The notes: generated by a model not told the origin, from the sequence alone. A stretch of DNA of 64,000 bases from Dendrobates tinctorius (GCF_039654945.1 NW_027361679.1:79484001-79548000), one strand, 5' to 3'. Positions 10,520 to 24,899 are shown, counted from the stretch's first letter. Numbers and translations: made by a program.

Positions 10520-12106
10520 TGGACACACCTTCTCATTCAAGGAGTTTTCTTTATTTTCATGACTATGAAAATTGTAGCTTCACCCTGAAGGCATCAAAAC
10601 TATGAACACATATGGAATTATATAATTAACAAAAAAGTGTGAAACAACTGAAAAAATGTCTTATATTATAGGTTCTTCAAAGTAGCCACCTTTTGCTTTG
10701 ATTACGGCTTTGCACACGCTTGGCATTCTCTTGATGAGCTTCAAGAGGTAGTCATGGTTTTCACTTCACAGGTGTGCCCTGTCCTGTTTAATAAGTGGGA
10801 TTTCTTGCCTTATAAATGGGGTTGGGACAATTCAGTTGTGTTGTGCAGAAGTCTGGTGGATACACAGCTGATAGTCCTACTGAATAGACTGTTAGAATTT
10901 GTATTATGGCAAGAAAAAAGCAGCCAAGTAAAGAAAAACGAGTGGCCATCGTTACTTTAAGAAATGAAGGTCAGTCAGTCCAAAAAATTGGGAAAACTTT
11001 GAAAGTGTCCCCAAGTGCAGTGGCAAAAACCATCAAGCGCTACAAAGAAACTGGCTCACATGAGGCCCGCCCTAGGAAAGGAAGACTAAGAGTCACCTCT
11101 GCTGTGGAGGATAAGTTCATCCGAGTCACCAGCCTCAGAAATCGCAGGTTAACAGCAGCTCAGATAAGAGACCAGGTCAATGCCACACAGAGTTCTAGCA
11201 GCAGACACATCTCTACAACAACTGTTAATTAAGAGGAGACTTTGTGTAGCAGGCCTTCATGGTAAAATAGCTGCAGGAAACCACTGCTAAGGACAGGCAA
11301 CAAGCAGAAGAGACTTGTTTGGGCTAAAGAACACAAGGAATGGACATTAGACCAGTGGAAATCTGTGCTTTGGTATGATGAGTCCAAATTTGAGATCTTT
11401 GGTTCCAACCACCGTGTCTTTGTGCGACGCAGAATAGGTGAACGGATTGACTCTACATGCCTGGTTCCCACCGCAAAACATGGAGGAGGAGGAGGAGGTG
11501 TAATGGTGTGGGGGTGCTTTGCTGGTGACACTGTTGGGGATTTATTGAAAATTGAAGGCATACTGAACCAGCATGGCTACCACAGCATCTTGCAGCAGCA
11601 TGCTATTCCATCCTGTTTGCATTTAGTTGGACCATCATTTATTTTTCAACAGGACAATGAACCCAAACACACCTCCAGGCTGTGTAAGGGCTATATGACC
11701 AAGAAGGAGAGTGATGGGGTGCTACGCCAGATGACCTGGCCTCCAGTGTCACCGGACCTGAACCCAATCGAGATGGTTTGGGGTGAGCTGGACCACAGAG
11801 TGAAAGCAAAAGGGCCAACAAGTGCTAAGCATCTCTAGGAACTCCTTTAAGACCGTTGGAAGACCATTTCCCGTGACTACCTCTTGAAGCGCATCAAGAG
11901 AATGCCAAGAGTGTGCAAAGCAGTAAGCAAAGCAAAAGGTGGCTACTTTGAAGAACCTAGAATATAAGACATTTTCAGTTGTTTCACACTTTTTTGTTAA
12001 TTATATAATTCCACATTTGTTAATTCATAGTTTTGATGCCTTCAGAGTGAATCTACAATTTTCATAGTCATGAAAGTAAAGAAAACTCTTTGAATGAGGT
12101 GTGTCC
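10520..12106 (+). mobile_element. DD38E (Intruder-type) Tc1/mariner element, frameshifted transposase, both tips in gaps
   Basis: MARKKQPSKEKR..., YDESKFE, QQDNEPKH...SPDLNPIE with 38 intervening residues; long TIRs. Confidence 0.88.
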
Positions 12107-12457
12107 NNNNNNNNNNNNNNNNNNNNNNNNNNNNNNNNNNNNNNNNNNNNNNNNNNNNNNNNNNNNNNNNNNNNNNNNNNNNNNNNNNNNNNNNNNNNNN
12201 NNNNNNNNNNNNNNNNNNNNNNNNNNNNNNNNNNNNNNNNNNNNNNNNNNNNNNNNNNNNNNNNNNNNNNNNNNNNNNNNNNNNNNNNNNNNNNNNNNNN
12301 NNNNNNNNNNNNNNNNNNNNNNNNNNNNNNNNNNNTGAACACGTCACCACTAAGTGGCAGGAATGCTTTCTAGATACTGGCAGATTTCAGGTGGCTTTCT
12401 CCACCTCTCTCTCTTCATGTGTTCAATACATTTTCCCTGTGTCATTTCTCATTATTA

Positions 12458-12836
12458 TTCAATTGAGTGAGGAAAGTGGTGGTTAGGCCGCACTGCCAAA
12501 GGTCCAAAGTACAATCGTAAAGATGAGGTATGGATGAGTTTTTTTTGTTTTTTTTTCGGAAACGCGTTTATAAAAAGGTTTTCAAACCTCTTTATCGGGA
12601 CAAAACCACAATAATAATATATATATTTGAACCTTTGGCACCGCGTATTCCTACCCACCACTTTCCTCAACTCAACTGCGTTATACTATAATCGGTGGTC
12701 CTGCAGCAGCTTTCACATGTTTTCTACAGAGTTGTGACCATCACAATCCTGCAAGCTGACAGTACTTTTAATTCTTTGCCACCAGATAAGACCACATTTT
12801 GCGATTCTTGTCTCTGCAGGTACTTTGTTATTTGTG
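12458..12836. mobile_element. 379-bp retroposed (Penelope-like) insertion with 15-bp TSD inside a Tc1 TIR remnant
   Basis: CATTTCTCATTATTA at 12443-12457 and 12837-12851; inverted arms ~12460-12510 and ~12625-12680; decayed hammerhead-like core at ~12555-12600. Confidence 0.6.
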
Positions 12837-13318
12837 CATTTCTCATTATTACACACAACTTATTTATTCTATGGTTTGATTTCTTTGCCTCCTTTTGTCC
12901 AGCCCATTCTTGATCATGAAGCGCACCAGTGGACAAAGGAACATCAAGACTTCTAGAGTTGAGATTGTTGATATTTTTCAGCTATTTTGGCTTTCAAGTC
13001 TTCAGACAGTTCACTTCTCTTTAGTATGGCACACAAAGACACAATGCAATGATTGAGTCAACGTCTCCCTTTTTTATTTGGTTTCAAGTGTGATTTTCAT
13101 ATTGCCAACACCTGTTACTTGCCACAGGCAAGTTTGAAATATGATTCAAATAGTTTAAACATGCTTAAAACAAAAAAGTAGCTTACGCACAATTTTGGAA
13201 AGGTGGCAAGATTTTTTTCTGGCCTATTTTTGGGGTTGTCTGTGAAGTTTGCCTTTACTTTTTTTTTGTGGTGCACCAATACACGTACACACAAGCATAC
13301 ATAAACACACACATACAT

Positions 13319-13323
<5 letters not shown>

Positions 13324-13356
<33 letters not shown>
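13324..13356 (+). repeat. (AT)n microsatellite
   Basis: Direct reading. Confidence 0.9.
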
Positions 13357-13360
<4 letters not shown>

Positions 13361-13668
13361 TCTATAAGTACACAGACACTTATTTATGAAAATTAGGTTT
13401 TGATTGTATTCTTCATGCTTTTCTTCCAACAATGTTTTGGAAACGGTACAAATATGTCCTTTGCTAACCTTTCGAGATAAATATTCTGGCTTCCATAAAA
13501 TCCCAAATACAAAGCCAAGCATACAGCTTCCACTGGCATAAAAAGAGCAACAACATTTAATTTATGGTTTCAATAACCTTTGGAAATTTTGTTTTTGCCT
13601 TTGTAATGTGTTTCTAATGCCCACTAGTGCAAAGCTCTATAACAAATAAAACCAGCAAGTGAAAATTA

Positions 13669-13917
<249 letters not shown>

Positions 13918-14119
13918 TTATTCTTTATTTACAGAAAGAACAATGTATGAGTCTGGACTACAATGTAATCTGCAGGAAAAAATTTACCATAAGAATGCAT
14001 TGTAGATGCAGAAATTCAATTATGTCACGCACAGATATACACGTGGAACACGAAGGTCCAAAATTCAATCCACCAAGACTCATGGGAGTAAAATTATTGC
14101 TTCGGTACTACAACTCTTA

Positions 14120-14716
14120 AGCCCCCGTCACACATAGCGAAGCGAGATCGCTGCTGAGTCACAAGTTTTGTGACGCAACAGGGATCTCACCAGCGAGATC
14201 ACTGTGTGACACTGACCAGCGACCGGCCCCCCTGCCGGGTATCGCTGATCGTCCTGGAATGGCCAGGACATTTTTTTGATCGCTGGTCTCCTGCTGGCCA
14301 GCAAACATCGTTGCGTGTGACAGGTGGGAGACCAGCGATCTGGCGCTGGTAGCTAAGGTAAACACAGGGTTTCTAAGCGGAGCGCAGAAACTGAAGGTGT
14401 ACCTTAGTTACCAGCACGCTGATGCAGGGAGCTGGTAACCAAGGTACACATCAGGTTTCTAAGTGCCGCGCGCCGCTTAGAAACCCGATGTGTACCTTGG
14501 TTACCAGCTCCCTGCACCAGCGCGCTGGTAAATAAGGTACACAGTGGGTAACTAAGCGACGTACGTCGCTCGTTACCCGCGTCGTCGCTGTCCTGATCGC
14601 TGCTGAGATCTGCTGTTTGGCAGCTCACCATCGATCATGGAGCGACACATCAGCGATCCTGACAAGGTCATAACGTTGTCGGGATCGCTGGTGCGTCGCT
14701 ATGTGTGACGGGGCCC
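14120..14716. mobile_element. PIF/Harbinger-type MITE with internal palindromic repeats
   Basis: TTA TSD; termini agcccccgtcacaca / tgtgtgacggggccc; same family as 46651-47347 and 58513-58988. Confidence 0.85.
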
Positions 14717-14795
14717 TTAGGCTGAAATACACATTATCGAGATTTGACTACTTTGGGGGGGAGGGGAATGAGATTTTATTTTCTACCTAAATATG

Positions 14796-15446
14796 CCGTA
14801 TATACTCGTGTATAAGTCGACCCAAGTATAAGCCGGGGCACCTAATTTTGCCAAGAAAAACTGGGAAATGTACTGACTCGATTATAAGCCGGGTGTGCAT
14901 TGTCCCAGCATCCCCATCCTGGTAAGCATGGTTCCTCACCCCTATCCTGGTATGCATGGTTCCTCACCCCTATCCTGGTATGCATGGCTCCTCACCCCTA
15001 TCCTGGTATACACGCCCTCGCAGCATTTTGTTCTGATGCCAGCAGCTCCTGCGGTCGGCCAAATCTTCACCTCTCTCCACTCAGCAGGACACGTGATCGG
15101 CCAGGCGCAGAAGCTGCTGGAAGCCTGATCAAGATGCTGCGAGGGCGCGCAGGGAAGGTAAGTAGGAGGTTTCCTTTCTTACAGCTGTTGGAATCTAGCG
15201 GCTGCAGCTGTAACTGTGCATGTGAAAAGAGAAATGAATATTCATTGCCAGTGCAGTGAATATTAATTTCCCTTTAGCGGCGGGCACAGTTACAGCCACA
15301 GGCTCCTGCCTCTTGTGATCTGCTGCTCCGCCGCTCCCCCTCCCCTCCGGCGTCTGGGACAATAACTCGTGTATATGCCAAGGGAGGCGCTTTCAGTACT
15401 AAAAAAAATGTGCTGAAAAACCCGGCTTATACACGAGTATATACAG
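14796..15446. mobile_element. pogo/Tc1-type MITE with internal 28-bp tandem repeat
   Basis: TIR ccgtatatactcgtgtataag / cttatacacgagtatatacag|ta; repeat cctcacccctatcctggtatgcatggtt at ~14905-15010. Confidence 0.8.
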
Positions 15447-16560
15447 TATTTGTGGCGAAAAATAAATAAATCATTTTTTGCTATAGTATTTGCAGTGTTT
15501 GCCTTTTATGGCCTCCAAGTTGCACTATGTATTGTTAGCTGCAGAAAGAATTATCTGAGAATCCCATCAGTGAGCCCAGTCTGACAGTTTCTAGTGTTGC
15601 CAGTTTGTAGAGTCTGCTGCAAAAGCCTGAGCGGTGAAAAAGTTTTTATGAAACACAATTGCAGAAATAATTTTTGGAACCAAGTATATGCCCTTAAATC
15701 AACAAAAAAATCCCCAAAAGTGAACAATACCTTTAAGTATTCTTCTGTAGAATAGAGGCATATTACTGTATAGTAAAAGTACTGTATGGAGGAGTTTGGT
15801 TTCAAAAGAAGACTACTGCGCCAGCAAACACTGCAAGCAATAAAATCCAGACCTGACATTGTAGAGAATTTCCTATAGATTGTACACTGGCACATACTTC
15901 TTCTAACCAATTTAGACTAACTCACTACGCATTAGTTGCAGCTACAGGTATGGGAACTATCAGAATTAATTACACTCCAGGAACCCAATGTTAGTATAAA
16001 AAATTTAATTGGTTTTGAATACTGAATGGATTGGTTGTAGAAGTGAGTTCAGGAATTCAAACTATTTAAAAGAGAAATAGTGTATATTTTTGGACACCCG
16101 AGTAGAAGATGCACGCAACAGAGAATAGGATAAAAATATTTTATACTACTTTAAACCTCTTTGGTGGTCAACGGAAGTGCAAGATATAAAGGGAACTTGT
16201 CACCCGATGCACCCTGCAAAAACTACGGGCTTCTTGTATCGGAGCCTGGCTGCATAACTGCAGCCAGGAACACTAATTTGTGACATGCTCCAGAATTTCA
16301 GAGAAAATTTACATATAAAAAAGTAATATCTTGGTAAAAAAGTGTCTGTGTATTTACATTTCAAAGACCTGTTTGTTCATAAATGTGGTTTGGAGGGGAC
16401 TGATCTTACAGACAGATTTTTAAGTTTACAAAAAAGAAAAAAAAAAAGGAAAATAGAAAGTCTTCAACATAACGTATTAACCATAAACATCTCATTAGAT
16501 TTCAAACTAAATTGACAATAAAACAAAACAAAAAAAATAGATAAAATTTGGCAAACCAAC

Positions 16561-16706
16561 CCCTTATCTTTGGCATGTACATCAGCACCATGATGTAGTA
16601 GATATTCCACAACAGAAACTCTGTTATAACCGGCTGCAAAGTGTAATGGAGTTGAATGTCGACCTTCTAGATCCCTGCAATTCACGTTTTGGGGGCTGCA
16701 TAGCTG
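16561..16706 (-). CDS. tnks: Tankyrase-1 coding exon (146 bp)
   Basis: tacag|CAG CTA TGC...AAG GG|gttggt; [48 protein letters not shown]. Confidence 0.95.
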
Positions 16707-17041
16707 CTGTAAAGAATTTATGAAATAATTATAATAATAAAAAAAAAAAAAAAAAAAAGTAAATAAAAGTTTAGTAGTACTATGGGATTTATAAATGAAA
16801 AATTGAAATTAATCTAGATAAGCACAGTGATTATAAATCTGAACACATTATATTCCAACTTGCCATAATTGAAATCTAGAAAATGTGCATGGCCTTTTAG
16901 ACCCATTTGCTTTCTATTTAGATGATCAAGAAGCTGCATGTCAAATATCCTCCCCACGTAAAAAACAGGGTGAAGTCAGACGACCATACAAATAGGAACG
17001 AGATAGGAATGCAGCGCACGAACTACCCGGTGGCTCTAACA

Positions 17042-17360
17042 CAGGGGTGGGGAATCTTTTTTCTGTCAAGGGCCAATTGGATATTTATACCATCCTTCTG
17101 GGGCCGTACAAACTCCGCCCACAAAGTACATCCTGACTGGCACTGGTTTCATGACTTAATCTTTCATTGCATGCCCTCCAATGTTCAGTAGTGAACACTG
17201 CGTGTGTGTGCTAACAGAGCAAGAAGAAATTAATGAGATTGTGGCAATCAAAATACAGCTCCCTGCCCAAGAATGCAGTCCCTGAGAATTTGCTCGGGGG
17301 CCTGATAAAAGGTCATCGAGGCCCGTAAATGGCCCTGGGGCCTGAGGTTCCCTACCCCTG
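17042..17360. mobile_element. hAT MITE
   Basis: TIR caggggtgggga / tccctacccctg; perfect 8-bp TSD CTCTAACA. Confidence 0.9.
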
Positions 17361-18859
17361 CTCTAACAGAACCGAGTGTGACAGGCTGCATAGAAATATA
17401 GGAAGCGGTCACGCTCGGGTTGGGAAAGTCACCGGCCAGTATGTACACTGCGCTTCGATCTCGTTACGATTTATACGAATTCCAGCACAAGCTAACTTTC
17501 TTAAGAAAACGATAATCACGCAAAGCAATATTGGGGACTAGTATAGTCAGCATGACAGGTAATAAACCACCCATATAAAGTAATTGTCTTTTTAACTGCT
17601 TTCATAAATGAAGAGAACACATGAAAATTAGAAACTTTGTAATACATGTTATTAGAGAAATCAGCTTCTTTCTAGTCCTGGTCTGATCGTTCATTTTTAA
17701 TATTCTGAATTCACAGCCAAAAATCTTCAGTGAATAAAGATTTTCGCCTTACTAAGATAGGAGATGGTAGGTGGTGCTTATAAAGTTCTATGGGAAGGAT
17801 GAGTCGGGTTAAAAGGAAGGAACGAGTGGCAGAGACAGGTTTCCTGGAACAGCAGTAGGGATGAATTGTATAATAAGAGAAGGAACTGCACCTGTAAACA
17901 AATAGTTGTAATATTTTCATACACACACACATTTTAGACACTTGGAAAAATGCTGCATAGCAAGAATGTTTTTAAAAAAAATAGAAGTATTAATTTTGCT
18001 TTTTTTTTTTTTTTCAATTAACCAATTCAGTATCGGCTCATTTTCCTCCCACTCCTGACCCAGCACATTTTTGTGTTTTATAGTACATGTATTTTTAATG
18101 GATTGGGGGACAAAAAAAAAAAAAAAAAAAAAAAAGTTTTCTTGTTTGGATACCCAATTTTTTTTTGTCTTTTTTAATACATTGGACTTATTTTTATATT
18201 TTTTTCCCCCTGTCCGACATTGGAAGAAAATGTAAAACTAGGAAACGCCCATTTTTCAACAGTTAAAAAATATTTTTTAAAGGCTTTTTCAGGGGGCATT
18301 TGAACATACTTTTTTTTTTTATTGCTACTGTAACGGAGCCTTGCAGCCTCAGCTACAGGGAATTTCAGCTTCCGAGCTGCATAGCAGAGCTGAATGACTC
18401 CTAGAACCCTGCAGCTCCTGCTCTCTCCCTACACCCAGCAATCATATTAATCACTAGATCTGAAAGGGGATGCACTGACACATCAGAAAGGCTACACAAT
18501 ATAAGTTGCTTACACTGCAATGACTTGAGTAAAGTTTTTACCACCTGGAAGCTCAAAGTTTATGGACAGTGCAGCAGTACTGTAGATACAAGTAATCTGT
18601 CACCAGATTGTTGCAACCTAATCTGAGGGCAGCTTAATGCAGGGTTAGTGACCACATTCCAGTGATGTCACCTACTGGATTGCTAGTTGTAGTTTATATT
18701 GCCTATATGTGTGGGGTAACTGACCTGAAAATGAATAAAATTGGAGCCAAATTAAATGCTGCTCTGATGATACTGCATGATGGATATTTGCCAGAAGGCA
18801 CCAATATATCCTGGTGGTCATGGACTATGCAACACCACACCTGGAGGTGGTACACGAAG

Positions 18860-21800
18860 AAACTCCAGTCAGAAGCATAGTCTGAGAACTAGTTTATATT
18901 TTCTACTGGTCGTGCCTGCCAAAGGAGAGCCTAATGGACCAAGGAACTTAATTCATGTCCATGTAATGAGCGCGTTATGTAAGGCTCTGCAGATTACACA
19001 ACTCAGTTGGTGTACCATCCTTGGACGGAAGGCCTAGTGGAAAGGTTCAATAAGACATTGAAGTCCATGCTTAAAAAAGGTTGTGAAAAAGGATGGACAA
19101 TACTGGATTACCTACTACTGTACCAGCAGTTCTCTATTAGGGAAATTCCACATGCCTCTACGGGGTTCTCACCGATCAAGCTGTTATACGGATGACACCC
19201 TCAGGGACTTCTAGATATTGTAAAGACCTAGAAAGCAGAGGTTACACCCCAATGAAAAATCATCAAGCATGTGGCCCAGATGCAGGACAGTATTGCGAGG
19301 GCGATGAGATCTGTCAAGGAAAGCCTCCTTCAAGCACAAAAGACTCAGGCAAGGGTTTAAAATCGGTTGGGAAAGCTGAGACAATTTAGCCATGGAGTCG
19401 AAAAGTTAAGCGACGTCGATTACAAGGTCCACCAGCCAGTGAGAAGAAAGCCGTACCAAGTTTACCACATCAACGTGTTTAAACTGTGGCAAGACAGAGA
19501 ACCGGTGGAAGCTACGTTCCTGGGGGCCAACCCTGAGGATGTCACCTTGGCAAAGACACTGTCACCGGCCCAGAAACAGTGCCAAGAACTGCTTCAGCAG
19601 AACCGACCCCCGTTTTTGAAGTTGCCAGGATGTATGCAGGTTGTTCAACATGAAATTCTGACAGAACCACAAGGAAAATAGAATCCCTGAAGCCTGCTTC
19701 TAGGTTATTTCAAAGGAGGTGAGGAGAATTTTGAGCCTGGAACGTGATCAAGGAGTCAACAAGCAGCTGGTCCAGCCCCATTGTCCTCGTGCTGAAGCCT
19801 AGTGGATAGTGGGGTTCCTGCAACGACTACAGGAAACTAAATGAGTTGTCTAAATTTAGACGCTTATCCGATGCCCCGCATCAGAGAGGCTAGCGTCAGC
19901 CAGATACTTCACCACCCTGAACCTAACGAAAACTCACTGGCAAATCCTACTCTCAATGTGACAAAGAGAAGACGTCCTTTTCTACACCTGACGGTTACTT
20001 CCTGTATACCACAATGATGTTTGGACTGCAAGGAGCCCCAGTTACCTTCCAGAAGGCCACGGACTGGATCCTAGCCCCTCACAAGAAGTTTGTTGCAGCT
20101 TACAGCTACGATATTAAGCCCGGACTGGGGAAGTCATCTGCAGAAGGTCTAGGTCGTGCTGGATGGGCTGCGGAAGGCAGGGTTTACCATAAACCCAAAG
20201 AAATGCACCATGGGGAAAGAGGAGGCAAAATACTTGGGCTACTTTGTCGTAGGAGGCAAAAAAAAGCCGCAAGTGAATAAGGTGGAGGCAATTCAAAATG
20301 GCAACAGGTTTGAGAGTTTCTGGGAATGGTGGGATACTATTGTCAGTTTATCCCAAATTTCACCATGACAGCTGCACCCCTGATTGACCGACCTTAAGAG
20401 CATGAAGACGTCGATGGCCAAATGGCCTACTGAAGTAGAGATCATTCCAAGAGTTGAATCTCGTCCTCTGTAAGCAGCCGGTCTTCAGTAGGGAATTTGT
20501 AGTCCAGAAAGACGCCTCAGAGGTCGGGTTGGGAGCGGTGTTTCCCAAGAATTAAACGGAGAAAAACATCTAGTCCTTTATTTAAGTAAGAAACTCACCT
20601 CTTGTGAGGAAAACTATGCCATTACAGAAAAAGAATGCTTGGCCATCAAATGGGCAGTTGACACCCTGAGGTACTACCTGTTAGGCCGGAAGTGCAGGCT
20701 ATTGTCTATTGCACCCTGGAGATGGATGAGGGAAAGGAAGGGGAAGAATGCCCGGGTCACTAGATGATTTCTAGGGCTACAGGACTTCAACTTTCATGTT
20801 CATGTGGAGCACAGGCCTGGGAAGCTGCACGGTAACACAGATGCCCTGTTTGGTGACTGAAGGAGCGAAAACGCCAGCTTTGGGCAGAAAGGAGGGATAT
20901 GTGACAATGTCAGTGGAGGGGAGATATGAACTAGTGATATGAAACTAGGAAAATGCTCCAGCACACTAAATACTGAGAGGGGTTAATAATCCAGTGGAAG
21001 ATTTAAACAGACAGCATTCCTGTGAATACCTCCATTTATAGACAAGTGAGCCGATCTAACATTCTATATATTTTGGTGTAGTGACCACTGTGTCTGCTAG
21101 GGGGCGCTGTGTGGATGTCCTGGGAGAGAGGATGAATGGCAGAATACTGAATGACCGTTGTGTATCTCAAGGTGGGTGGCCTTGAGATGGAGACTTGTGT
21201 GTGTGTTGATCAGCAGTGATACTGCTGAGGTGCTGTTTCAATGTGTCCGGGAGAAGTCTCCAGGTAGCTGGGGAGACGGGCAGGACTAGTTACCTACAAA
21301 TCCACCCAGAGGTGTGGTTAAGAATGATATTGTAAAGAGTGAGAGAATGGTTCAAGGACCTGTGATGAGGTCATAGCCATGTGACCCGGTGGGCGTGGCT
21401 ACAGACCATATAAGGTGGCCAGGGTAGGTCACATGGGTGAATGCAGGGACCTGGTTGGTCCGTTTTGGAAGGCCCCATCTGGGAGAGATGGGGGCTGTCT
21501 TCCTGACAGCAAGGAACGCTGGGTTGAATGGCTGCATGTGCCTGATGATTCCCTGGAGGGAATGGACATCTGCAGCATGATGAGGTGAAGCAGTCATGAG
21601 AAAACCCTGACGTGGGTGAGATAACTGAGGCTGAAGAGCCTGTGTCTGCCTTACCTTTGTGACCACAGGGGTTACAGAGCTCAACTCTGTCATGGACGCT
21701 ATGCTGATGTGATGACCTTTATGTTAGGCTGGTTTCACATTAGCGCTTTTGTGCGCAGCGCATCGTGCGCACCTGTGCACCTATGTTTAACATGACGTGC

Positions 21801-22350
21801 GCATGGTCTTGCGCACACTTGCGTTTTCGTGCGCATGCGTTTTTTTGTCTTTCGCGCCAGACGTAACATGTTGCATTTTTTGGTGCGCCCTGTCTCGGCA
21901 AAAAAACGCATGCGCACGCTTGCACAGAATGCGCAAAAACAACACATTGAAGTCTATGGGAACGCATGTGTGCGCATGGTCTTGCGCACGCTTGCGTTTT
22001 TTTGCGCATGCGTTTTTGAGTTAAACAAGTCTAGAATGTTCTCTAGACAATGGAAAAAACGTCACACCTAAAAACGTATGTGAATAATAAACGCAAACGC
22101 ATGCAAAAACGCATGTAAAACGCAAGCAACGCTGCGTTTTTTTGACGCATCAGCGTGCTCATGACGTTAAAAAAACGCGCGTTTGTTTTGCGTTTTTCAT
22201 GCGCACGACGCAAAAACGCTAATGTGAAACTAGCCTAACTGCTGTGGATTTATGATGATGAATAATTGCTTTATGGAAAACCCATGTCGGATCTGGTTTT
22301 GTGGCGGCTAAACGAGTATCCCCCTACTTGAATAACAGCGCTACCTTACA
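18860..22350 (+). mobile_element. Decayed, 5'-truncated Gmr1-like LTR retrotransposon (IN-RT-RH, PPT, probable 3' LTR ~20900-22350)
   Basis: YHPWTEGLVERFNKTLKSML, VDYKVHQP, MMFGLQGAP, GFTINPKKC and RNase H remnants in IN-before-RT order; purine tract agaaaggaggga then TGTGAC; many stops. Confidence 0.82.
21727..22235. mobile_element. Harbinger-type MITE nested in the putative LTR
   Basis: TIR ggctggtttcacattagcg / cgctaatgtgaaactagcc; TWA flanks; aaaaacgcatgcg repeats. Confidence 0.85.
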
Positions 22351-24409
22351 ATATATTTTGGAGGAGAGAAGCTAAGGCTATTATCTTCAGTGATGTGAAA
22401 CCCAGAAGTTTTGCTTCAGCACACAGTGTTAAGTAGCCATTTTAAAAAGGGATGTTTTTTTTTTATAGAACAACTAGAGCGGATGGGAGGTTGTTCTCCA
22501 TATCTCCACCTCAGGGTGTGGTCTGAGATTTTAAATAGTCGGCCTTCTGAGGCATTCACTGTTCAGTGTGTCTTAAGAGGCCAACTCCAGAGTCGCTCCT
22601 ATTAATACTAAACTGAACTGTGTGTTTTTGCTAATCCAGAACAGTCAGATCTCTGCAGATGTATGGACTGTGATATACCATTTTGTTTTGTTTGCCCATG
22701 TACATATTAAACCAGTGAAGGACTTAAGGAGACAGTGTACCCATGTCTACCTCCATGTACAGCTGAGAGGGCAAATATAACACAATAATAGATTATATAC
22801 AGTACAGACCAAAAGTTTGGACACACCTCATTCAAAGAGTTTTCTTTATTTTCATGACTATGAAAATTGTAGATTCACTCTGAAGGCATCAAAACTATGA
22901 ATTAACACATGTGGAATTGTATAATTAACAAAAAAGTGTGAAACAACTGAAAATACTGTATGTCTTGAATATTCTAGGTTCTTCAAAGTAGCCACCTTTT
23001 GCTTTGATTACTGCTTTGCACACTCTTGGCATTCTCTTGATGAGCTTCAAGAGGTAGTCACCGGAAATGGTTTTCACTTCACAGGTGCGCCCTGTCAGGT
23101 TTAATAAGTGGGATTTCTTGCCTTATAAATGGGGTTGGGACCATCAGTTGTGTTGTGCAGAAGTCTGGTGGATACACAGCTGATAGTCCTACTGAATAGA
23201 CTGTTAGAATTTGTATTATGGCAAGAAAAAAGCAGCTAAGAAAAACGAGTGGCCATCATTACTTTAAGAAATGAAGGTCAGTCAGTCCGAAAAATTGGGA
23301 AAACTTTGAAAGTGTCCCCAAGCGCAGCGGCAAAAACCATCAAGCACTACAAAGAAACTGGCTCACATGAGGACCGCCCCAGGAAAGGAAGGCAAAGAGT
23401 CACCTATGCTGCGGAGGATAAGTTCATCCGAGTCACCAGCCTCAGAAATCGCAGGTTAACAGCAGCTCAGATTAGAGACAAGGTCAATGCCACACAGCGT
23501 TCTAGCAGCAGACACATCTCTACAACAACTGTTAAGAGACTTTGTGCAGCAGGCCTTCATGGTAAAATAGCTGCTAGGAAACCACTGCTAAGGACAGGCA
23601 ACAAGCAGAAGAGACTTGTTTGGGCTAAAGAACACAAGGAATGGACATGCGACCGGTGGAAATCTGTGCTTTGGTCTGATGAGTCCAAATTTGAGATCTT
23701 TGGTTCCAACCACCGTGTCTTTGTGCGTTCAGAAAAGGTGAACGGATGTACTCTACATGCCTGGTTCCCACCGTGAAGCTTGGAGGAGGAGGTGTGATGG
23801 TGTGGGGGTGCTTTGCTGGTGACACTGTTGGGGATTTATTCAAAATTGAAGGCATACTGAACCAGCATGGCTACCACAGCATCTTGCAGCGGCATGATAT
23901 TTCATCCGGTTTGCGTTTAGTTGGACCATCATTTATTTTTCAACAGTACAATAACCCCAAACACACCTTCAGGCTGTGTAAGGGCTATTTGACCAAGAAC
24001 GAGAGTGATGGGGTGTACGCCAGATGACCTGGCCTCCATAGTCACCAGACCTGAACCCAATTGAGATGGTTTGGGGTAAGCTGGACCGCAGAGTGAAGGC
24101 AAAAGGGTCAACAAGTACTAAGCATCTCTGGGAACTTCTTCAAGACTGTTGGAAGACCATTTCCAGTGACTACCTCTTGAAGCTCATCAAGAGAATGCCA
24201 AGAGTGTGCAAAGCAGTAATCAAAGCAAAAGGTGGCTACTTTGAAGAACCTAGAATATAAGACATTTTCAGTTGTTTCACACTTTTTTTGTTATGTTATA
24301 TAATTCCACATGTGTTAATTCATAGTTTTGATGCCTTCAGAATGAATCTACAATTTTAATACTCAATATGTGAAATATTCAGACACTTTTATTTTGTGCA
24401 TCCAGACAG

Positions 24410-24460
24410 AAAGGTTTAAACGTTTTCGGTCCAGCATAGGACCTTCATCAGAAAAATCTT
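24410..24460 (-). ncRNA. Inverted copy of the hammerhead motif (sense to tnks pre-mRNA)
   Basis: Reverse complement reads CTGATGAAGGTCCTATGCTGGACCGAAAACGTTT, identical core. Confidence 0.65.
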
Positions 24461-24899
24461 GTTTACTGAAATAAATAAATCCTTGCAATGGTAGCCAAAA
24501 GAAGGACAAAGTAGAGAGTCTGGATGGCCAGTGGAAATGTTAAATGGCTGGCGTCTGGAAAGTGTATGTGGACTGAGCCGTCCAAAATTAGAACAGGCAG
24601 CTGTACAGCGTAGGGTTTCAGAAAAGGGACCTCCAGGGTCACTAAAATAAGGAGTGAAGACAGCGCTGATAGCAGTGGGTGAAGCCCTGGTCTGTGGTCT
24701 GGCTGCCCTGTGTGGAAGACTTCTTCCACACAGGGCAGCCAGACCACAGACCAGGGCTTCACCAGCGCAATTCAATTCTAGAGGTTGTATACCCACTGCT
24801 ATCAGCGCTGTCTTCACTCCTTATTTTAGTGACCCTGGAGGTCCCTTTTCTGAAGCCCTACGCTTTTGGCTACCATTGCAAGGATTTATTTCAGTAAAC

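Noticed and set aside
18329-18860. 5' LTR of the decayed Gmr1 copy (starts TGTAAC)
   Set aside because: No visible similarity to the putative 3' LTR at 20900 and no PBS; left unassigned
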